DNA of 64,000 nucleotides from Planctomycetota bacterium (GTDB taxonomy: Bacteria; Planctomycetota; Phycisphaerae; UBA1845; UTPLA1), in contig QEVG01000003.1 of NCBI GenBank assembly GCA_003576905.1, forward strand, positions 51,357-115,356, in the 5' to 3' direction. This document shows, piece after piece, positions 57,603 through 64,000 of this stretch (position 1 is the first letter of the stretch; each line of letters begins with the position of its first letter). A program made the translations under genes and the position numbers. Below the pieces are notes generated by a model. That model was not told where the DNA came from. It did not search any database and saw only the letters and a program-made list of their open reading frames with translations.

Positions 57603-57902
57603 CTACTTCTCAACCACGGCCAGGACGTCGCTTTCGCGGAGCACGGTGTACTTCGTGCCGCTCAGCTCGACCTCGGTGCCGGAGTACTTGCCGTAGATCA
57701 CTTCATCGCCGACCTTCACGCACAGCGGAGCGCGATTGCCCGTGTCCAGCATCTTGCCCGGGCCGATCGCCAGCACCTTGCCGCGTGTGGGCTTCTCCTT
57801 CGCATTGTCCGGAAGAATGATGCCGCCCGCGGTGCGGTCCTCAGCCTCGCTTTGCTCCACAACCAGACGATCATCCAGGGGTCGAATATTCAGCCGTGCC
57901 AT
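57603..57902 (-). CDS. groES: Co-chaperonin GroES
   Basis: NIRPLDDRLVVE..E.+TAGGIILPD.AKEKP..G.V.A.G.G. GAAGGAG RBS. Confidence 0.96.
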   Translation of the reverse strand: MARLNIRPLDDRLVVEQSEAEDRTAGGIILPDNAKEKPTRGKVLAIGPGKMLDTGNRAPLCVKVGDEVIYGKYSGTEVELSGTKYTVLRESDVLAVVEK

Positions 57903-58006
57903 ATCTCGTCAGCTCCTTCACAAATTCAATTCCATTGCGTATTGATTCTTGACGTTTCCATTCCCAATCCAGGCCGGGCGATCCGGTCGCCGCCGGGCGC
58001 GGCGGC

Positions 58007-59698
58007 TTACATCATGCCGCCCATTCCGCCCATGCCGCCCATGCCGCCCATGCCACCCATCTCGTCGTCCATGCCGTGATCGTGACCGGCATGTCCGTCG
58101 TCCTTGGCCTTGGGCTTTTCCGTGACACAGCAGTCGGTGGAAAGAAGTATTCGTGCCACACTGCTGGCATTCTGGAGCGCCGTCCGAACGACCTTGGTCG
58201 GATCGATTACTCCGTCCTTCACCAAATCGGTGTACTCCTCCGTAAGGGCGTTGAAGCCGAACGCGCCGTCCTTGCTCTCGACCTTGTGCAGCACGACGCC
58301 CGGCTCAAGCCCGGCGTTCCGGGCAATCGCCATGAGCGGCGCCGTCACGGCCTTCAGGACCACCTCCGCGCCCACCTGTTCGCCTTCGTTTCGGAACTTC
58401 AGGTTCTCCGCGACCTTGCGGGCGCGAATCAGCGCGACGCCGCCGCCGGGCACGATGCCCTCCTCGATCGCCGCACGCGTCGCGTGCAGGGCGTCTTCGT
58501 AACGGGCCTTCTTCTCTTTCATCTCCGCCTCGGTCGCCGCGCCGACGAGAATCTGGGCCACGCCTCCGGCCAGCTTGGCCAGCCGCTCCTGGAGCTTCTC
58601 GCGGTCGTAGTCGCTGGTCGTCGCCTCGATCTCGCGGCGGATCAGCTCGATGCGGCCCTGGATGTCCTTTGAGGAGCCGGCGCCTTCGATGATCGTCGTG
58701 TTGTCGGCGTCGATGGTGACCTTCTTGGCCTGGCCGAGATCGGTGATCGCCACGCTGTCGAGTTCGATGCCGAGATCCTTGAAGATCGGCTTCGCGCCGG
58801 TCAGGACGGCGATATCCTCCAGCATGGCCTTGCGGCGGTCGCCGTAGCCGGGCGCCTTCACCGCGGCGACCTGAAGAATGCCGCGCAGCTTGTTGACCAC
58901 AAGCGTCGCAAGGGCCTCGCCGTCGATGTCCTCGGCAATGAGGAGCAGCGGCCGCTTGGTCTTGGCCACCTTCTCCAGGAGCGGGACGAGCTTCGTGACG
59001 CTGCTGATCTTCTCTTCATAAACGAGCACGAAGCACTTTTCGAGGACGCACTCCATCTCGTCGGGATTGGTCACAAAGTGCGGCGAGAGATAGCCGCGAT
59101 CGAACTGCATGCCCTCGACGACCTCCACGACCGTCTCGAGGCTCTTGCCCTCCTCGATCGTGATGACGCCGTCCTTGCCGACCCGTTTGAACGCATCGGC
59201 CAGCTGCTCGCCCACCTCGCGGTCGTTGTTCGCGGAAATGCTGGCCACGCGGATTATGTCCTCGACGTTCTTCGCATCCGCCTTTACCGGGCGGGAAAGC
59301 TTCCTCAGCTCCTCCACGATCGCGCTCACCGCCTTTTCAATGCCCCGGTTGATCGCCATCGCGTCATTGCCGGCGGCCACGCAGCGAAGACCTTCCTTGA
59401 AGATCGCCTCGGCCAGCACCGTCGCGGTCGTCGTGCCGTCGCCCGCCGCGTCCGAGGTCTTCGACGATGCCTCTTTCACGAGCTGCGCCCCGAGGTTTTC
59501 GTACTTGTCGATAAGCTCGATCTCCTCGGCGACCGTCACGCCGTCCTTGGTGACCGATGGCGAGCCCCAGCCCTTGTCGATGACCGCGACGCGCCCGCGC
59601 GGGCCCAGCGTCGATTTGACGGCGGCCGCGAGCTTTTCCACTCCTGCCAAAAGGGACGTGCGAGCATCCTGATGAAACGAAAGTTGCTTGGCGCCCAT
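58007..59698 (-). CDS. groEL: Chaperonin GroEL (paralog 2; His-rich linker plus (GGM)5 tail)
   Basis: Canonical GroEL motifs. The C-terminus is ..[34 protein letters not shown]. Confidence 0.96.
   Translation of the reverse strand: MGAKQLSFHQDARTSLLAGVEKLAAAVKSTLGPRGRVAVIDKGWGSPSVTKDGVTVAEEIELIDKYENLGAQLVKEASSKTSDAAGDGTTTATVLAEAIFKEGLRCVAAGNDAMAINRGIEKAVSAIVEELRKLSRPVKADAKNVEDIIRVASISANNDREVGEQLADAFKRVGKDGVITIEEGKSLETVVEVVEGMQFDRGYLSPHFVTNPDEMECVLEKCFVLVYEEKISSVTKLVPLLEKVAKTKRPLLLIAEDIDGEALATLVVNKLRGILQVAAVKAPGYGDRRKAMLEDIAVLTGAKPIFKDLGIELDSVAITDLGQAKKVTIDADNTTIIEGAGSSKDIQGRIELIRREIEATTSDYDREKLQERLAKLAGGVAQILVGAATEAEMKEKKARYEDALHATRAAIEEGIVPGGGVALIRARKVAENLKFRNEGEQVGAEVVLKAVTAPLMAIARNAGLEPGVVLHKVESKDGAFGFNALTEEYTDLVKDGVIDPTKVVRTALQNASSVARILLSTDCCVTEKPKAKDDGHAGHDHGMDDEMGGMGGMGGMGGMGGMM
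58016..58060 (-). repeat. Five tandem 9-nt units encoding the GGM tail of GroEL paralog 2
   Basis: (GCC GCC CAT)-type units read directly on the + strand at the 3' end of the gene. Confidence 0.9.
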
Positions 59699-60034
59699 AT
59701 CGTTGTGCCTCCTGTGGCAATCCCTGGTGTGATTCGAACCACGCAGTCTGTCTATCGCCCGAACGCGGGCGGACTGTTTCCGACCTGTCCGAATGCAAGG
59801 GGCGTGCCGGGACCCATCCGGTCCTATCCAATCGTTAACTCTCGACAGAAGAGCAAGTTACGAATCTAATGCGACGGCGAGTAGACTAGCCTCGACTGCC
59901 AGAGCGGCAGACGTCTTGGATTGACCTGCCGATGTGTCAGGCTCCGTAAGGCATAGGACCCGCCCAGCGCCGCTGAACGGGTCCTGTGAAATCAGTGACT
60001 GGCAATGTCGTTCCGGTCGGAGTTCGACCGAAAT

Positions 60035-60511
60035 CTACCACGCAAAATGCGCGAAGGCCTTGTTCGCGTCGGCCATACGGTGGACGTTCTCGCGCGTGGT
60101 GATCGCCCCGCCCTGCTTGTTGTAGGCGTCGATCAGTTCGGTGGCGAGGCGGTGGTACATCGGCTTGCCGCTCTTGCCGCGGGCCGATTCCAGGATCCAG
60201 CGAATCGCCAGCGACGTGCTTCGCTTGGAGTTGACCGGCATGGGAACCTGGTAGTTGCTACCGCCGACGCGCTTGCTGCGGATCTGGATGTGCGGCTTGA
60301 CGTTATCGACCGCGACCTCGAAGACTTCGATCGGCGGCCGATCAGTCACCTTCTTGGAGATCATGTCCATCGCGTCGTAAAAGATCTCCTGCGCGACGGT
60401 TTTCTTGCCGTTCCACATCATGCAGTTGATGAACTTCGCTGCAAGCCGGCTGTTGTACTTGGCCTCGGGACGGAGCTGGTCCGTCGAACGCGTCCACTTC
60501 TTGAATGCCAT
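60035..60511 (-). CDS. rpsG: 30S ribosomal protein S7
   Basis: ..PEAKYNS.L..KFIN.MM..GKK..A..I.Y.A......., ending ..NKAFAHFAW. Confidence 0.96.
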   Translation of the reverse strand: MAFKKWTRSTDQLRPEAKYNSRLAAKFINCMMWNGKKTVAQEIFYDAMDMISKKVTDRPPIEVFEVAVDNVKPHIQIRSKRVGGSNYQVPMPVNSKRSTSLAIRWILESARGKSGKPMYHRLATELIDAYNKQGGAITTRENVHRMADANKAFAHFAW

Positions 60512-60690
60512 AAACCCGGGTCTCCTATTCTGGGGTGCGCCGAGGTTGCTCCCCGTCGCACGATTGTCGATGCATTGATCGCATCGAGCCCCATACTCGA
60601 CCGCACCGTCGCGGCCGATGAGATAAACGCACCTGTCGCTTCCCGCGGCGAAGCCCCGCTCCGCCGTCGATCCCCCAAGCTGTCAATCGA

Positions 60691-61086
60691 TCAGCCCTTC
60701 TTCCGCTTCGTGCCGTATTTGCTGCGCGATTTGCCGCGCCGCACGCCGAACTTGTCTTGATCCTCGACGCTGGCGCAGTCCAGCACGCCGCGAATGATGT
60801 GGTAGCGAATGCCCGGCAGGTCGCGCACGCGCCCGCCGCGGATCAGCACGATCGAGTGTTCCTGAAGGTTGTGCCCGATGCCGGGGATGTAGGCCGTGAT
60901 TTCGCGGCCGTTCGATAGCCGGACACGGGCGACCTTCCGAAGCGCCGAGTTGGGCTTCTTCGGGGTCATCGTCTTGACGATGAGGCACACGCCGCGTTTC
61001 TGCGGGCTGACCTCGAGATCCTTAGACTTCGACTTGGAAGGCACGCTTCGGCGCGGCTTCGCACACAGCTGGTTGATCGTTGGCAT
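60691..61086 (-). CDS. rpsL: 30S ribosomal protein S12
   Basis: MPTINQL.....R........L...[51 protein letters not shown]+DLPG+RYH. ATG at 61086. Confidence 0.96.
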   Translation of the reverse strand: MPTINQLCAKPRRSVPSKSKSKDLEVSPQKRGVCLIVKTMTPKKPNSALRKVARVRLSNGREITAYIPGIGHNLQEHSIVLIRGGRVRDLPGIRYHIIRGVLDCASVEDQDKFGVRRGKSRSKYGTKRKKG

Positions 61087-61254
61087 GCAAACCTCAGTGC
61101 ATTCACCGGCCATGCGGCGCACGGCCAAAGCCTCAGTTTCCCGAGCGTCCGGCATATCGGCTGCCGAGCACGCGTCCTTCGCAGGCTCCCTCTGCCGCAG
61201 CAGGGCGGAAAAGCCCCGTACATTAAGGCCGGAGCCCTGTATCCGTCAACCCAA

Positions 61255-64000
61255 TCAGGCCTTGTCGTCGGACCCGGCGTCCTGCGGTCCGGCGGACCCC
61301 CGTTCCGCGTCTCCCTCAAGGGTCATGGTCGCCACGCCGCCCGCCTCTGCGACACCGCCCTCGGACTGAGTCATGCCGGTCGCCTTCTGAAGCTCGGCAA
61401 GGGCTTCTCGATCCACCTGGCCCGGGATTTCCGGCATCCGGACCTCTGTCGGCGGTTCCTCAATAGGCTGACCAAGATGCTGGATTTCCAGGCTCTGGTG
61501 TGCCCGGAACCCGGTGCCGGCGGGAATCAGGTGGCCCAGGATCACGTTCTCCTTCAGACCCGACAGACGGTCGCTCGCGCTCGACAGGGCCGCTTCGGTG
61601 AGAACCTTGGTGGTCTCCTGGAAGCTCGCCGCCGACAAGAACGACTCGCACTGCAGTGCTGCCTTCGTAATGCCAAGCAGCACGGTGGCTGCCGTTGCCG
61701 GCCGGGGCTTCTTGCCTTTGGCAGGCGCCTTGCCGGCGGCCTCGAGTTCTTCGTTCGTGGAAGACAGCTCTTCCTTGGTGACAATCTGCCCCTCGGTGTA
61801 TTTCGAATCGCCGGGGTCCGAGATCTTCAGGCTCTTTGCCAGCCGCTCGTTCTCCTGGCGGAAGCGGAACTTGTCGATCACCTCGCCCGGCAACAGGTTC
61901 GTGTCGCCCGGCTGCTCCACCTTCACCTTGCGGAGCATCTGGTTGATCATGATCTCAATGTGCTTATCGTTGATGCTGACGTTCTGTGACCGGTACACCG
62001 CCTGGACTTCGTGGAGCAGGTACGTGTAGAGCGACTCCTCGCCCTTGATGGCCAGTATATCGTGCGGAACCAGCGGACCGTCGCACAGCGGATCACCCGC
62101 CTCCACGCGGTCACCCGCGTGCACGAGCAGGTGCTTGTCCTGCGGCACATGATGCTCGCGCGGCTCGAGGTCCTTGCTGTCCGGGTGGACGACAATCGTC
62201 ATCTTGCCGCGGCGACGGTCGCTGCGGATTTCGACCGTGCCGGAGATCTCCGACATGACGGCTGGCTCCTTGGGCTTGCGAGCCTCGAAGATTTCCGTGA
62301 CGCGCGGCAGGCCGCCCGTAATGTCCTGCGTACCGGAAAGCTCGCGCGGCCGCCGGGCCAGCAGCCAGCCGGCCTTCATCTCCTGACCCTCGACCACTTC
62401 GATGCGGGCCTTGGCCGGCAGGTAGTGATACTCGATGATCTTGCCGTTCTTGTCCTCGATGATGATCTGCGGGTTCTTGTCGCCGCGGTGCTCGACGACC
62501 ACGTACTTCGTCGACTTGGCCTCGGCCTCCATGCGCACCGTTTCGCCTTCCACCACGTCCTGGAAGCGGATGAAGCCGCCCGCCTCGGCGAGAATCGGCG
62601 TCATGTGCGGGTCCCACGTGCAGATCGTCGTCCGCGGTTTGACCGACTCGCCGTCCCTGACGAGCAGGCGAGCGCCGTACTGCACCGGGCAGCTTTCCAG
62701 TTCGCGGCCCTTCTCATCAAGTATGGACAGCTTGCCCTTCTTGTTGAGCACCACGAGATACGGCGCCTTGGTCTCTTGATCCTCCGTTTCGACCACCTTG
62801 AGGTCGTCGTAACGGACGATGCCCGCGTTGATGCACTTGTACTCGCTTTCGATGACCGCGCGGCTGGCGACGCCGCCGGTGTGGAATGTACGCATCGTCA
62901 GCTGCGTGCCCGGCTCGCCGATCGACTGTGCCGCAATGATGCCGACCGCCATGCCCGACTCGACCATCTGGCCGGTGGACATGTCAACGCCGTAACAGCG
63001 TGAACAGACGCCGAGACCGCTTTCGCACGTGAGCGGGCTGCGCACGCGGATCTTCTCGAGGCCCAGGCCGCCCTCGGCCGGCGGGCTCTCGATGCGCCGC
63101 GCGATATCCTCGGTGATGATCTCGTTCTCGCGGACGATGATCTCGTCCGTCACCGGGTGGCGGATCGTATCGCGCGCGACGCGGCCGCGAATCGTCTCCG
63201 ACAGGGAGACGTCGATCTCCTCGCCCTTGTATCGGGCTTCCTTGGTCACACCGTTGATCGTGCCGCAATCCATCTCGGCAATGATCACGTTCTGCGCCAC
63301 GTCGGCGAGCTTGCGCGTCAGGTAACCCGAATCCGCCGTCTTAAGCGCGGTGTCGGCAAGACCCTTTCGCGCGCCGTGTGTCGAGCTGAAGTACTCGAGC
63401 ACCGACAACCCTTCCCGGAAATTGGCCTTGATCGGCGTTTCGATGATCTCGCCGCTCGGCTTGGCCATGAGGGCACGCATGCCGGCGAGCTGCCGAATCT
63501 GATCGACGCTTCCGCGGGCGCCCGAATCCGTCATCAGGTAGATCGGGTTCAGATATTTTCGCGCGCCCTCCTGGCCGGGCTTGGCATACTTCAGGTTCTC
63601 GTCGCGGTAGTCCTGCTTCAGGTCCACCATCATCGCCTCGGTGACCGCCTCGCGGACGTGCACCCAGATGTCGATCAGGGCGTTGTAGCGCTCGAGGTCC
63701 GTAATGGCCCCCTGCTGAAATGCCCGGGTGATGCGGTCGACCTTCTTCTGGGCTTCGTCGATGATGCCCTTCTTCTTCTCCGGGATGCGCATGTCCGTCA
63801 GCCCGAAGGACAGGCCGGCCAGCGTGCTCCACTTGAAGCCGATCTCCTTGATGCGATCGAGAAGGTCGATCGTCTCCGAGCGGCCGAGCAGCGCGTGACA
63901 GTCTGCGATCACGCGTGCGGCGCCCTTCTGGCTGAGAGGATAGTTGTAGAACGGCATCTTCGGATTGAGGATGTCGTTGAAGATCAGCCGGCCTACGGTC
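61255..64000 (-). CDS. rpoC: DNA-directed RNA polymerase beta' subunit, C-terminal part (5' end lies beyond the window)
   Basis: Trigger-loop/bridge region motifs (..[21 protein letters not shown]+[19 protein letters not shown]). The frame stays open to the window edge. Confidence 0.95.
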   Translation of the reverse strand, partial: TVGRLIFNDILNPKMPFYNYPLSQKGAARVIADCHALLGRSETIDLLDRIKEIGFKWSTLAGLSFGLTDMRIPEKKKGIIDEAQKKVDRITRAFQQGAITDLERYNALIDIWVHVREAVTEAMMVDLKQDYRDENLKYAKPGQEGARKYLNPIYLMTDSGARGSVDQIRQLAGMRALMAKPSGEIIETPIKANFREGLSVLEYFSSTHGARKGLADTALKTADSGYLTRKLADVAQNVIIAEMDCGTINGVTKEARYKGEEIDVSLSETIRGRVARDTIRHPVTDEIIVRENEIITEDIARRIESPPAEGGLGLEKIRVRSPLTCESGLGVCSRCYGVDMSTGQMVESGMAVGIIAAQSIGEPGTQLTMRTFHTGGVASRAVIESEYKCINAGIVRYDDLKVVETEDQETKAPYLVVLNKKGKLSILDEKGRELESCPVQYGARLLVRDGESVKPRTTICTWDPHMTPILAEAGGFIRFQDVVEGETVRMEAEAKSTKYVVVEHRGDKNPQIIIEDKNGKIIEYHYLPAKARIEVVEGQEMKAGWLLARRPRELSGTQDITGGLPRVTEIFEARKPKEPAVMSEISGTVEIRSDRRRGKMTIVVHPDSKDLEPREHHVPQDKHLLVHAGDRVEAGDPLCDGPLVPHDILAIKGEESLYTYLLHEVQAVYRSQNVSINDKHIEIMINQMLRKVKVEQPGDTNLLPGEVIDKFRFRQENERLAKSLKISDPGDSKYTEGQIVTKEELSSTNEELEAAGKAPAKGKKPRPATAATVLLGITKAALQCESFLSAASFQETTKVLTEAALSSASDRLSGLKENVILGHLIPAGTGFRAHQSLEIQHLGQPIEEPPTEVRMPEIPGQVDREALAELQKATGMTQSEGGVAEAGGVATMTLEGDAERGSAGPQDAGSDDKA

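Noticed and set aside
59726-59744. GGTTCGAATC T-loop-like sequence (minus strand) suggesting a tRNA or tmRNA.
   Set aside because: The flanking bases do not form a 5-bp T-stem, and no acceptor, D or anticodon arms can be built around it.
59835-59861. CIRCE (HrcA operator)-like inverted repeat upstream of groEL2.
   Set aside because: Only about 7/9 and 4/9 matches to the two CIRCE half-sites, and the two arms are poorly complementary. It is kept only as a weak note inside a finding and is not annotated as a feature.
59936-59957. GTCAGGCTCCGTAAGGCATAGG resembling the SRP RNA domain IV (GNRA tetraloop).
   Set aside because: The stem closing the GTAA loop has only 2 bp, and the region folds into three separate short hairpins rather than the long SRP helix 8.

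Overview
High-GC chromosomal window (about 65% by eye) with dense coding on both strands. I call about 58 CDS, one tRNA-Arg(CCT) and one TPP (THI-box) riboswitch. I found no rRNA, CRISPR array, transposase, integrase or recognisable prophage. The protein families point to the PVC superphylum, most likely a Planctomycetota/Phycisphaerae-like genome: dockerin-tagged secreted proteins, Pmp-like FxxN/GGA[ILV] repeats, a DUF11/OmcB-like Cys-rich protein, membrane proteins ending in CxxCGY..RCPECG, and duplicated GroEL. This taxonomic call is inference. Most of the window is housekeeping: rpoC(partial)-rpsL-rpsG; groEL-groES-groEL-dnaJ-grpE; metH; dprA; ribH-nusB-ftsY-nfo; thiC; rsmA; mnmE; an XDH/CoxMSL-type molybdoenzyme operon with an amidohydrolase; an amino-acid ABC transporter; and arginine deiminase. 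I did not find a clear-cut new defence or mobile system. The items most worth follow-up are: (1) a THI-box whose first downstream gene is a secreted dienelactone-hydrolase-family protein rather than thiC; (2) a small protein with an AT-hook-like tract and a C-terminal domain that reads like a linker-histone H1/H5 winged helix; (3) a six-gene chaperone supercluster without dnaK, holding two GroEL paralogs with different C-tails; (4) three secreted proteins sharing a C-terminal dockerin-like module with no cohesin in view; (5) a roughly 1.4 kb low-GC islet of orphan ORFs; (6) a phage-CII-like regulator / lipoprotein / STAS operon. All functional calls rest on reading the translated ORFs by eye. 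No database search was run.
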